This document shows positions 57,101 to 59,913 of a stretch of 64,000 nucleotides of DNA, piece by piece. The notes under the pieces were generated by a model. That model had not been told where the DNA came from and did not search any database. It worked only from the letters and a program-made list of their open reading frames with translations. A program made the position numbers and the translations under genes. The first letter of the stretch is position 1. Each line of letters starts with the position of its first letter. The stretch comes from Nemertoderma westbladi (Eukaryota > Animalia > Xenacoelomorpha). Where the stretch lies: positions 1 to 64,000 of the forward strand of contig JAUCBJ010001356.1 of the NCBI GenBank assembly GCA_032718475.1, in the 5' to 3' direction.

Positions 57101-59913
57101 AGTAAATTAATATCGATGCAGTGCTTTACAACAGAACTGAAAGTAAATTAATATCGATGCAGTGCTTTACAACAGAACTGAAAGTAAATTAATATCGATG
57201 CAGTGCTTTACAACAGAACTGAAAGTAAATTAATATCGATGCAGTGCTTTACAATAGAACTGAAAGTAAATTAATATCGATGCAGTGCTTTACAACAGAA
57301 CTGAAAGTAAATTAATATCGATGCAGTGCTTTACAATAGAACTGAAAGTAAATTAATATCGATGCAGTGCTTTACAACAGAACTGAAAGTAAATTAATAT
57401 CGATGCAGTGCTTTACAACAGAACTGAAAGTAAATTAATATCGATGTAGTGCTTTACAACAGAACTGAAAGTAAATTAATATCGATGCAGTGCTTTACAA
57501 TAGAACTGAAAGTAAATTAATATCGATGCAGTGCTTTACAATAGAACTGAAAGTAAATTAATATCGATGCAGTGCTTTACAATAGAACTGAAAGTAAATT
57601 AATATCGATGCAGTGCTTTACAACAGAACTGAAAGTAAATTAATATCGATGCAGTGCTTTACAATAGAACTGAAAGTAAATTAATATCGATGCAGTGCTT
57701 TACAACAGAACTGAAAGTAAATTAAAATCGATGCAGTGCTTTACAATAGAACTGAAAGTAAATTAATATCGATGCAGTGCTTTACAACAGAACTGAAAGT
57801 AAATTAATATCGATGCAGTGCTTTACAATAGAACTGAAAGTAAATTAATATCGATGCAGTGCTTTACAACAGAACTGAAAGTAAATTAATATCGATTCAG
57901 TGCTTTACAACAGAACTGAAAGTAAATTAATATCGATGCAGTGCTTTACAATAGAACTGAAAGTAAATTAATATCGATGCAGTGCTTTACAACAGAACTG
58001 AAAGTAAATTTATTTCGATGCAGTGCTTTACAATCCTCCCACCTGAATTCAATAGAAACAGCGAGGACTTTGATACAGCTAACTGTAAGCTCTCCCGCCT
58101 CTTTGAACAATGGCGTGTGATCCCGTAACATTCTAGAAATCTTACAAAACAACCCCAGTAACATGTCCTTCTCCCTATAAGGTAAAATGCAACGAAATAT
58201 ATTGCTGCGTGTGTATATTAAACATTAACAATGCTACTGTACAACTTTAGCTACAACCCTAGCCTATCTAGACGAGAGCCGGTAACCATTGGATACAGTT
58301 GCTACTCACCTAGACGATGCCCATGAACCGAACGCCGTTGTTGCTGTGGCCATGAAGTAGGAGTTATATGTCTGGAAATACTTTACCATCAGAGGAACTA
58401 GAACATTGGAAAAGAAGTTCAAATCCTTTGTAGTTTTTTTGGTGAGATAATGAGTTGCTGTTTCTGAACCCACAGCCCCTAAATGAAAATGCAAACGTAA
58501 ACGAAGATAAAATTACCTGTTTGTGTATAAATAGTGTGAAAAACGTTTTGAATGTGTCAGGGATTATGTAATAATTAAACAATAAATTAATTACAACCTT
58601 TACAATACTCGAACACCAATAAAGCCATTTTTGAGTTCTTTAAATCGCCGATAATCCCATATACAGTAGGCCTCCACTATACAGTAGGCCTACACGATAC
58701 AGTAGGCCTACATATACAGTAGACCTACAATATACAGTTTAGGCCAACACTATACAGTAGTGCTACACTATACAGTAGTCCTAGACTATACAGTAGGCCT
58801 ACACTATACAGTAGACCAACACCATACAGTAGGCCTACACTATACAGCAGGCCTACACTATACAGTAGGCTTACACTATACAGTAGGCATACACTATACA
58901 GCAGGCCTACACTATACAGTAGGCCTAGACTATACAGTAGTCCTACAATAAAGTAGACCTACACTATACAGTAGGCCTACACTGTACAGTAGGCCTACAC
59001 TATACATCAGGCCTACACTATACAGTAGGCCTACACTATACTGTATGCCTACACTATACTGTATGCCTACACTATACAGTAGGCCTACACTATACAGTCG
59101 GCCTATACTATACAGTAGGCCTACACTATACAGTAGGCCTACACTATAGAGTAAGCCTACACTATGGGCATACTTTATACATTTTCACCCCGTATCTGAA
59201 TCTTTAACAAGACAACTATTGCTTTATATGTGTTGGGAAGATTTAGAAGATGTCCTCCTTACCCGACTTGTCCGATTTAGCAGTAAGACTGTCTCCGGCT
59301 TTCATCGCAAACCCAATAAGTTTCTCTAGAAGGAACAAAGCGAACCGGTGACCCCCAGTTCCTTCTCCCATCAGATTCATATTCAAACCAACAGCGGCTC
59401 TGCATAAATAAATATTCAAATAAAATTATTGAATAAATTTGTTTCACAATTAATTGATACGTGGTGTTTATTAACATTCGCAATTATCTTATCCCAACGT
59501 TCCAATGTAAATATTTCATACCCAGCGCCACCTTCTACGCATGGGTTAGGCAGTAGGCCTACTGTAGCTTAAAAAGTGATCTTGTGATATGATAGAAACC
59601 GGTGAGAATATGCATGGAGGTAGGTAGACATTGACATTCTTAAAAAGTCTGCTAAAAAACATTAAGATGAGTCGTGATGATGTTGCGTTTTAGTGCTGAC
59701 ACTGTTGTGTGGGCCGATATATTTATACGACTGTATTCCCATAAAAACAACCTAACAGACTTATTGAAATTAATTATTTGATACAAAATCTCCAATATTA
59801 TTGTAGTTGTACAGACTGAATTTTCTAACCAGTCTCCGGGCCCAGTCAGAAGGACTCAAATATCCATATTTATTTAAACAACCAACTTACCTCTGTAAAC
59901 TTGAACTGCTTAT
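459..59913 (-). CDS. RyR: Ryanodine receptor (partial; 27 exons, gene continues beyond both window ends)
   Basis: Hand-translated exons match RyR motifs ([82 protein letters not shown]). All have GT-AG boundaries with compatible phases. Exons: 59891-59913, 59263-59399, 58310-58478, 58043-58174, 56102-56231, 51599-51786, 51253-51374, 50539-50930, 27723-27851, 27408-27566, 27084-27201, 26141-26346, 25556-25738, 25150-25329, 20403-20536, 19250-19349, 18930-19109, 18381-18501, 17620-17879, 16887-17012, 15366-15498, 14930-15146, 12848-13009, 10747-10903, 1798-1985, 984-1163, 459-642. Confidence 0.95.
984..1163 (-). CDS. RyR: RyR exon (hydrophobic segment, PLLTRFKQC...YYVG)
   Basis: cag acceptor, GTAAGT donor, 180 nt, open frame, phases match neighbours. 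Confidence 0.75.
1798..1985 (-). CDS. RyR: RyR exon ([15 protein letters not shown]...[10 protein letters not shown])
   Basis: Matches RyR ESKRQFIFDVVNEGG...[10 protein letters not shown]; AG/GTGAGT boundaries. Confidence 0.92.
2125..2480. repeat. AT-rich (AAT/GAT) low-complexity tract at the 3' side of the CRE-like element
   Basis: Repeated TAATAATAATGATAATAAT. Confidence 0.85.
2500..3935 (-). mobile_element. 5'-truncated, frameshifted non-LTR retrotransposon with restriction-like endonuclease (CRE-like)
   Basis: ORF pieces 3270-3815, 3064-3351 (CxxC...HALNCKHGG zinc knuckle) and 2577-3083 ([10 protein letters not shown]...FDIAIV...KK..Y RLE motif); GC-rich island between AT-rich tracts. 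Confidence 0.8.
4575..4745 (+). repeat. Interspersed repeat copy (second copy at ~62845-63015)
   Basis: TAACCAAAACAATAAACGAATTAGTATATGTACAGGTTATAAGACAG... is near-identical at both loci. Confidence 0.85.
4986..5543. mobile_element. PIF/Harbinger-like MITE with internally repeated arms
   Basis: TIR GGCCCCCCTCACACGGAGCAACTTGTTTCTGCAACTTG and its reverse complement; flanked by TAA/TTA. Confidence 0.75.
5741..6433 (+). CDS. Nested antisense ORF: type II membrane-like protein with Thr/Pro-rich mucin stalk
   Basis: ATG at 5741; one hydrophobic segment ([23 protein letters not shown]); several N-x-T/S sequons; THPPPTTTT repeats; AATAAA right after the stop. Confidence 0.6.
   Translation: MATLISGSSRSSSNYSYVTAVEEIQLEEVQRSTEIQENLEANIPCEPQQNDVEQTSWLCRLLDTDEKIVKFVFGILSSFLAFIVTVILLMVLLQPGAVESTTIRSINITEEVNTTVSVAPTPTECIASESSNTTEQALTTKTLSLNNTTHQSTTSTHTPTTTTTHPPPTTTTTHPPPTTTTTHPPPTTTTTHPPPTTTKQTPTIKPPRPRRTPSPRHRPPLNCGTAGCYP
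6530..6822 (+). pseudogene. Fibrinogen C-terminal (FReD) domain remnant
   Basis: FSTVDADHD...GGWW...NLNG and a YKEEFG-like upstream piece; conserved cysteines are missing. Confidence 0.6.
7153..10785. repeat. 38-bp minisatellite (~95 copies, variant units) spanning the donor of exon 10747-10903
   Basis: Unit GTGGCTGTTCCCATTGTTCCATATTCTCACCTTTATTT. Confidence 0.95.
10747..10903 (-). CDS. RyR: RyR exon ([42 protein letters not shown])
   Basis: Highly conserved RyR motif; AG/GTGAGA boundaries. Confidence 0.93.
11140..11605. mobile_element. Foldback/MITE-like element with nested inverted repeats
   Basis: CCACCTATTGTTTACGTGGTAACCAATGACGGCGT is inverted at 11565-11600; internal palindromic arms at 11290-11475. 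Confidence 0.7.
11900..12560 (-). mobile_element. BEL/Pao LTR retrotransposon gag fragment (DUF1759-like)
   Basis: Minus frame [15 protein letters not shown]...[12 protein letters not shown]...[10 protein letters not shown]. Confidence 0.7.
12700..12872. repeat. 31-bp minisatellite (~5.5 copies) spanning the donor of exon 12848-13009
   Basis: Unit GTTATTGGACGTGTGTTCCCACCTACCTATC. Confidence 0.95.
12848..13009 (-). CDS. RyR: RyR exon (second EF-hand; [19 protein letters not shown])
   Basis: Conserved RyR motif; AG/GTAGGT boundaries. Confidence 0.93.
13035..14936. repeat. 33-bp minisatellite (~57 copies) spanning the donor of exon 14930-15146; fills almost the whole intron
   Basis: Unit CTTAGACGGTGTCTTAGGTTACTTACTCAGTGT. 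Confidence 0.95.
14930..15146 (-). CDS. RyR: RyR exon ([15 protein letters not shown]...first EF-hand)
   Basis: Lies within ORF 14926..15225; AG/GTAAGT boundaries. Confidence 0.93.
15366..15498 (-). CDS. RyR: RyR exon ([11 protein letters not shown]...MLLSLLEG)
   Basis: Conserved RyR motif; AG/GTAAAA boundaries. Confidence 0.92.
15471..16601. repeat. 42-bp minisatellite (~27 copies) spanning the acceptor of exon 15366-15498
   Basis: Unit GAGGGCAAATACGTGTAGGAATCCCGAAACCTAAGGCAAATA. Confidence 0.95.
16887..17012 (-). CDS. RyR: RyR exon ([29 protein letters not shown])
   Basis: Conserved RIH-associated motif. Confidence 0.93.
17620..17879 (-). CDS. RyR: RyR exon ([20 protein letters not shown]...[17 protein letters not shown])
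   Basis: Conserved RIH-associated domain motif. Confidence 0.94.
18381..18501 (-). CDS. RyR: RyR exon ([14 protein letters not shown]...FERCNKAE)
   Basis: RyR-like translation; GT-AG boundaries, phase 0/1. Confidence 0.9.
18930..19109 (-). CDS. RyR: RyR exon ([10 protein letters not shown]...[15 protein letters not shown])
   Basis: RyR-like translation; 180 nt, GT-AG. Confidence 0.9.
19250..19349 (-). CDS. RyR: RyR exon ([16 protein letters not shown]...TFE)
   Basis: RyR IMAKSC motif; GT-AG. Confidence 0.88.
19715..19760 (+). promoter_or_regulatory. tRNA-type Pol III internal promoter (A and B boxes)
   Basis: TGGCCTAGTGG at 19717-19727 and GGTTCGAATCC at 19748-19758. Confidence 0.65.
19763..19803 (+). 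ncRNA. Minimal type I hammerhead ribozyme
   Basis: ccacg CTGATGA gacc cagtaa ggtc GAAA cgcg TA cgtgg: complete core, stem I ccacg/cgtgg, stem II gacc/ggtc, palindromic CGCG stem III. Confidence 0.85.
20069..20240 (+). mobile_element. tRNA-derived SINE-like sequence
   Basis: A-box-like TGGCCTAGTGT and B-box-like GTTCGAGCCC; no complete cloverleaf. Confidence 0.45.
20403..20536 (-). CDS. RyR: RyR exon (...[14 protein letters not shown])
   Basis: Resembles RyR DPLHQLVLHFSR; GT-AG. Confidence 0.85.
20606..25166. repeat. 30-bp minisatellite (~152 copies) spanning the donor of exon 25150-25329; fills almost the whole intron
   Basis: Unit CCAACTTACCACAAGGGCCTCCACTAACGA, highly homogeneous. Confidence 0.97.
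25150..25329 (-). CDS. RyR: RyR exon (calmodulin-binding region [21 protein letters not shown])
   Basis: Matches RyR [24 protein letters not shown]; GT-AG. Confidence 0.92.
25556..25738 (-). CDS. RyR: RyR exon (divergent, ...[13 protein letters not shown])
   Basis: Open frame, 183 nt, phase 0/0, GT-AG. Confidence 0.75.
26141..26346 (-). CDS. RyR: RyR exon ([13 protein letters not shown]...)
   Basis: Resembles RyR SLIVATLKKMLPI; GT-AG. Confidence 0.85.
27084..27201 (-). CDS. RyR: RyR exon ([13 protein letters not shown])
   Basis: Resembles RyR NFKREEQNFVVQN; donor chosen by phase. Confidence 0.82.
27408..27566 (-). CDS. RyR: RyR exon ([19 protein letters not shown]...WNKSQ)
   Basis: Matches RyR RDLYALYPLLIRYVDNNR...WSKS. 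Confidence 0.92.
27723..27851 (-). CDS. RyR: RyR exon ([10 protein letters not shown]...)
   Basis: RyR SHFIP motif; 129 nt; first exon downstream of the Maverick-containing intron. Confidence 0.85.
27977..28260 (-). mobile_element. RTE-like LINE 3' fragment (related piece at ~63855-63930)
   Basis: [10 protein letters not shown]...LVFW...GG.P motif typical of RTE ORF C-termini. Confidence 0.6.
28459..28504 (-). ncRNA. Hammerhead ribozyme core (Penelope/retrozyme type), truncated at the cleavage site
   Basis: Minus strand agcgcta CTGACGA ggcc tgata ggcc GAAA tgcgcg TA; the 3' arm of stem I is absent. Confidence 0.65.
28620..29055 (+). repeat. Maverick left TIR
   Basis: Reverse complement of ~49985-50399 with a few indels. 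Confidence 0.92.
29323..29775 (+). CDS. Maverick hypothetical protein (150 aa)
   Basis: ATG-initiated ORF inside the TIRs; no recognised motif. Confidence 0.55.
   Translation: MSSNSDMVMPIVRHSFFAEDGEAYIVIDYTIYRRGDDKYKIEFSEKARKVLSSIDIDASDNSIHLLDYNLKVEHEGKLINILLLSMIEGIIVITQYNEAGEKFEIRLNRHSPYEIMSFFIVMISKESFVETELELESTDNVEYVDNIIDS
29963..30412 (+). CDS. Maverick RING-finger protein
   Basis: CPVC...C..KHATCVQC...CPICR (C3HC4-like). Confidence 0.75.
   Translation: MDILNEKCPVCYSKLLQHRDYYKCENKHATCVQCIVQYSEMNNYCSKICPICRAPISKFNIKLARYQPYYWKELRNITYISAESNDPGDLFTILENIFYRNVVRRCCYYIPYFFSSEHKKIISAKFSGSDFQTADVTYHYFAYKDAHHA
30636..31313 (+). CDS. Maverick DNA packaging ATPase (A32/FtsK-HerA-like)
   Basis: Walker A GPSGSGKS, Walker B LLIIDD, ITQN and KNPRD motifs. 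Confidence 0.92.
   Translation: MADFNSGPYNLNFQMGTSMIISGPSGSGKSTFVSNLIKHKNGCFNEAPLRVLYCYGSNPPTIPGITHLYKGLPENIDSLVNSRDLLIIDDLLTETESSTALTALFTKAAHHSNIFICFITQNMFYGGKHNHTRSINSHTLVLMKNPRDCYSVLNFAKQMLPGQTKFLVDSYQDATIEPFSHFLIDLRQETPEHLRFRSDIFRNHNCYIKNYIDYKRSENNNNNNK
31351..31734 (+). pseudogene. Maverick small basic core protein (adenovirus pX-like tail) with premature stop
   Basis: ATG at 31351, in-frame TAA at 31411, then [11 protein letters not shown]...QSGG|[10 protein letters not shown]. Confidence 0.7.
31959..33047 (+). CDS. Maverick retroviral-like (rve) integrase with C-terminal chromo-like tail
   Basis: [29 protein letters not shown] (DDE triad); EYLVRF..W tail. Confidence 0.95.
   Translation: MPRKMKPILSRSLDKKLLRIYLDPSSPAGFASIAKLAKAANIKPAQAQKWLSGQKTYSLHAPRRHHYPTSKIFTGGLKDIYMIDLVDMQQYKSQNNNYNYILTCIDAFSRLAFAYGMKTKKGIEIISILQKIFQKGKPNRIATDQGSEFLNKSVRKYLDTIGIQYYVMYSVNKAAIVERFNRTLKTKMFKIFTQRGNNVWIKILPKLIYAYNRSYHRTIQMTPIEVNKFNETELMNRLYGKYRQINHKKIKFKVGDTVRLSIARTAFAKGYREQWTRELFIIHRVRLDRVPAVMFDIKDSAGAIINGSFYSYELQKVHPNSNIYLPIDKNIGKLKERVRNGKKEYLVRFIGSKKQSWVQHIQ
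33311..34183 (+). CDS. Maverick minor capsid (penton-like) protein 1
   Basis: [20 protein letters not shown]; IYTDII...VGD..APLLR; LRD..GELINF. Confidence 0.8.
   Translation: MAVDTYITLLSDSSLNTYPNNNPSEFTVDLAEELYIGPNAKIGLAEIQYQATYSNITLQTQISLSIGVDAKDAKLYSLFPGMHSSIQVIIDDINKLFNSEAKYRDFEFIFNTNYSRIKFKFPKKLKKIQLSLRGDLIQILGLKPLLDQNHPSIPNWDIYSTTTVDELSNIEQPILILNYSGPKISEIGILDFPAPTNITRNKDTIFIYTDIIKSSFVGDALAPLLRTCPLTQLNRKYINHEYKSICYYRLLNKKLKTILITLRDGQGELINFNGGRTVITLKLIRGGGDG
34176..35021 (+). CDS. Maverick minor capsid (penton-like) protein 2
   Basis: FYVRLPSNS...FPRNT; YV.SNII...LLRRV; ITLHFKK; paralogous to the preceding ORF. Confidence 0.78.
   Translation: MDEFYVRLPSNSCPIDFPRNTGSNYQINFHGALPINPNENWVVGIKSIFYLATLPSMYNNVENVILLKKRKKNFEDTLPSGLFYSINDIIDYFNTGALKDKLQIVENTQQNRLQFISGKTVRELFIGQQLAYYFGITENNLGANLNPNFKIILKTKNNIKGYLIKVIGNEEKAYQMVFLCPQPPNSIPEPKSNMYVTSNIIENEYINDFGLALLRRVAIPDDVKYGSIINKEFVKDTIHYIPVKKSYKITYIHIEITDKEGKDLNFEYGTTSITLHFKKIN
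35023..35586 (+). CDS. Maverick basic core-like protein with QxGG/QxGxG protease-site-like motifs
   Basis: K/R-rich; QYGG, QHGEGIF; directly upstream of the major capsid gene. Confidence 0.65.
   Translation: MDSDLFQRYSKPQYGGADSNLAVFKGGRSTRGLTQVPVFRSGSYIDPYGQQIGAFGPNLKQRRFQRYRRGMLRTNQHGEGIFTDALSTLKKFGKPLAKKVLQKALPFTTKFMRQHVIPKGKRVLHQQSNTVINKALNKMKPSTRSVVEKVYRDLKQPTRPMSMNIHHRRSKNRKIKGKLKHCKKSIF
35589..36848 (+). CDS. Maverick major capsid protein (double jelly-roll); canonical start codon apparently lost
   Basis: ELDLF...IQT...YP; [12 protein letters not shown]...NPLKFEHFN; LRFAEPL; no ATG between the upstream in-frame stop and ELDLF. Confidence 0.88.
   Translation: MSIIKELDLFSTQPIQTEFKAKHYETIYPVSNLRSESREVTFLVPRSNEFYTKLQDALLITKCTVWWDRQLENSHIYMLNYPSGTMWSDIKIDLNEKQVENRNNHYFYKSYLSNLLFTTYESKNGLLGAGGFHQPLSEHGNEINPGAHPIGDAFSKQMQFVSGLTIDFDTETKIIQPGYDLRMHFRKVSNSFIFKITPNANAVTNLRLELDEVKILIPRMEVNPVIESSHLKGLESYDIEYQFQKKEVTTFTIPAQTTNYTQTNIFDGKKPKLVIIGFIRNNAYSGELISNPLKFEHFNLRRAELIVDGLPVGGVIYEPNFTDGTYIFEYTQLMKNINTYINGYGGNNIEHETYLGNCQLISWDLTADGYVRDPQPSIYTNSQLKLRFAEPLVETINVIVFNIYDHSLSLNSRKEIHID
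36851..40294 (+). pseudogene. Maverick adenain-like cysteine protease split after codon 4 by a 3-kb insertion
   Basis: ATG TTA TCT ACA (36851-36862) joins GAG GAC CTT... (39854 onward) to give [20 protein letters not shown]; catalytic GVHW and Q...CGLYC motifs. Confidence 0.85.
36863..39850. mobile_element. Non-autonomous element (HINE/Helentron-like features) with a second copy nested at 38167-39794
   Basis: Both copies start CGTTCGTGGGGCC, end GGCTCGCCCC and are flanked by ACA; (ACAGAACG)n microsatellite; shared ~420-bp block at 37744-38166 and 39319-39741. Confidence 0.8.
40326..40898 (+). CDS. Maverick protein with putative DEDD-like nuclease fold
   Basis: N-terminal IIFVDFQ...FKEFA; C..H...C tail. 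Confidence 0.5.
   Translation: MDNIIFVDFQYYTIDNKEYPVVFKEFAIFDSNYTKTNVKTFLIKGPPNIKLSALDKAHVNNLRDMTSHLPWDYGDISQDDFKKYMKRHLKYKKNIHVFGLMKQAILVSQLDVLAPNSMEKLGIYRLYYNYLTPCLPDQLTTTVEDKCSFHKDGDSCLNYCSAKRIGGYVTKRLTETDDKQKEITAVNDVQ
42235..42633 (-). CDS. Maverick hypothetical protein (132 aa)
   Basis: ATG-initiated ORF; no recognised motif. Confidence 0.45.
   Translation of the reverse strand: MTFAFFNNQAMRSSIKIDLESSETYLSSSNIAEMELRYINQKFEIGFTSVGNGVPLSPTKVEISKDFTLNIRIQPCTCSSENSENWENDADNTLRFDLPMQRPVEVRPINSNNHLQVPVMEETPLRDPHIGL
43314..43868 (-). CDS. Divergent TATA-binding protein (TBP)-like protein encoded by the Maverick
   Basis: Two TBP-type repeats: IVN...LNLKEL...[15 protein letters not shown] and [10 protein letters not shown]...[11 protein letters not shown]. 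Confidence 0.65.
   Translation of the reverse strand: MMNYQIVNKNISCKQIIYGLNLKELKNQLNGKIVLKPNQFIYKVFGATILMFTNGRITILGRKYNFNKVKKHIFEKTNINLIFKSINLCTYIFSIDTVIYRLLINNIGFYVIFDNVKLEISYEPEIFNNCKVRINNIVVVCCFYTGKCTLMCSPFKFHIYYPIFNKLVNNLLLFGARVFDVKYN
43845..48363 (-). pseudogene. Maverick protein-primed family B DNA polymerase (pPolB), disrupted
   Basis: [50 protein letters not shown] motifs; in-frame stops at 47095 (TGA) and 44860 (TAA); frameshift near 44550; MITE insertion. Confidence 0.93.
44029..44505. mobile_element. piggyBac-type MITE inserted in the pPolB 3' end
   Basis: TIR CCCTATCCATACCGGGG; TTAA TSD at 44025-44028 and 44506-44509. Confidence 0.9.
48564..49310 (-). CDS. Maverick hypothetical protein (248 aa)
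   Basis: ATG-initiated ORF upstream of pPolB. Confidence 0.6.
   Translation of the reverse strand: MALTQKTGATNSWKFTYNKYTCTAVHSKKYFIVESQEDNESICFSHQDTRYLLDILETTTNNQHQSRPAIIPGRIYPTLRFARGNLNISINPTSGDVYVQKQGKCKVLNKAFTEVLIQYRGKLLQFLSPPLEIISDQFYIELSNPEFIGFVTAFKGTNYVGLWKISLRYADSVGFNYYTGFNLSNQELTVLLREWDTQIDEPDKHLFDKNIIQLSDRLKMVKTNNKKIIITNTDNSTEVGAGVNLIIS
49380..49655. repeat. Imperfect long palindrome inside the Maverick
   Basis: TTCTCACTCTAAAATTGTG...GGTATCGATGAAAAAAC pairs with GTTTTTTCATCGATACC...CACAATTTCAGAGTGAGAA. Confidence 0.7.
49985..50399 (-). repeat. Maverick right TIR
   Basis: Inverted copy of 28620-29055. Confidence 0.92.
50539..50930 (-). CDS. RyR: RyR exon ([22 protein letters not shown]...)
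   Basis: Conserved RyR motif; GT-AG. Confidence 0.92.
51253..51374 (-). CDS. RyR: RyR exon ([21 protein letters not shown])
   Basis: Matches RyR [22 protein letters not shown]. Confidence 0.9.
51599..51786 (-). CDS. RyR: RyR exon ([12 protein letters not shown]...[17 protein letters not shown])
   Basis: Conserved RyR motif; GT-AG. Confidence 0.9.
52164..52226 (-). pseudogene. tRNA-like (Pro-TGG-like) pseudogene or SINE head
   Basis: A-box-like TGGCAAAGTTAGT, anticodon loop CT-TGG-AA, T-loop GAGTTCAATCCC; acceptor stem defective. Confidence 0.45.
52586..54871 (-). CDS. ERAL1: Mitochondrial Era-like GTPase, intronless, nested in an RyR intron
   Basis: G1 GKPNAGKS, G2 TTR, G3 DTPG, G4 NKVD, G5 VSA ([12 protein letters not shown]), C-terminal KH-like EMPY domain; basic N-terminus resembling a mitochondrial presequence. 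Confidence 0.88.
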   Translation of the reverse strand: MNRLFLFRNLCVSRLNPPTHYRKYCSSSLTNPNEILPTWSDLSDRRSVGDLVYPSKHPRESHPVPPTLAAATMQLIAVPHTPSGVHPGTRRFLRVAVIGKPNAGKSSLVNALMRRRLMATSRKVNTTRGNASAVVTQGNTQIVMVDTPGFVDWEYCRRFRWPREMHTAPREAVESADVVVVVVDAADRYTRRMIDPEVLYQLFGFPDKPCLLVLNKVDLLNKNTATVCLGLSTGLTGGFIGGRPFTDKAKALALEAKKHKALSGESVNAARHQLLLDLYEPKRKRSKLPSFKLLGDESGFNTPDSSHVDTESVSSCPTQTDDLTEAVGGVTNWVHPTRRKFMNSVGNSDSFKEAGGSAIVGYSESQGAATSGVPDWLAPVRIRDSLAESSNLSYRGIHPSRIHLIRSNYTETSAPHRTNTQTVTPKVTDTLTPQVNDTQTTNITDTQTHQVTDTQTPNITDRRTPNITDTQTVVSQVTNLQTVPTHVTDTQTLHVSDTQALAPHIPDTETVSLSLTPTASDPTTPCLDGSHHESVSAYQQFRQERIDKIATETGLSPEVVTEFNDSELRTLFNIEPPPPSDSVKLAQDLKEKQRQIRKKKDQEVKALKNKLAERGYWPRFKEVFMVSACSNDGTDALLDCLFDMSKKGAWEFNETVVTDQLPDAIIASCVQEQLLDLLPKEMPYMVQHKTEVIEELERGMSVVHYIICGKKHHLPYFYGENSSTFNRITENATQRMMDIFHMDIDLKILIKYDKNLKFKGS
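56102..56231 (-). CDS. RyR: RyR exon ([25 protein letters not shown])
   Basis: RyR-like translation; cag/GTGAGT boundaries. Confidence 0.85.
56215..58033. repeat. 39-bp then 41-bp minisatellite (~45 copies) spanning the acceptor of exon 56102-56231; fills the intron
   Basis: Units GTGCTTTACAATAGAACTGAAAGTAAATAAAACGGTATA and GTGCTTTACAACAGAACTGAAAGTAAATTAATATCGATGCA. Confidence 0.95.
58043..58174 (-). CDS. RyR: RyR exon ([12 protein letters not shown]...)
   Basis: Resembles RyR EKEMITSLFCKL. Confidence 0.88.
58310..58478 (-). CDS. RyR: RyR exon ([16 protein letters not shown]...)
   Basis: Resembles RyR IKFFAKILLPLINQYF. Confidence 0.87.
58660..59165. repeat. 18-bp minisatellite, mid-intron
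   Basis: Unit TAGGCCTACACTATACAG. Confidence 0.9.
59263..59399 (-). CDS. RyR: RyR exon ([12 protein letters not shown])
   Basis: Resembles RyR KRFAFGFLQQLL; GT-AG, phase-compatible. Confidence 0.78.
59891..59913 (-). CDS. RyR: Candidate 23-nt RyR microexon
   Basis: tttgcag|ATAAGCAGTTCAAGTTTACAGAG|gtaagt; ends in phase 2 as the next exon requires. Confidence 0.55.

Noticed and set aside
47-58033. CRISPR-like appearance of the 30-43-bp arrays
   Set aside because: Units are head-to-tail with no unique spacers, there are no cas genes, and the context is eukaryotic.
58660-59165. 18-bp array as another splice-site-anchored repeat
   Set aside because: It lies ~100-180 bp from both flanking exons and shares no exon sequence; counted as the exception.
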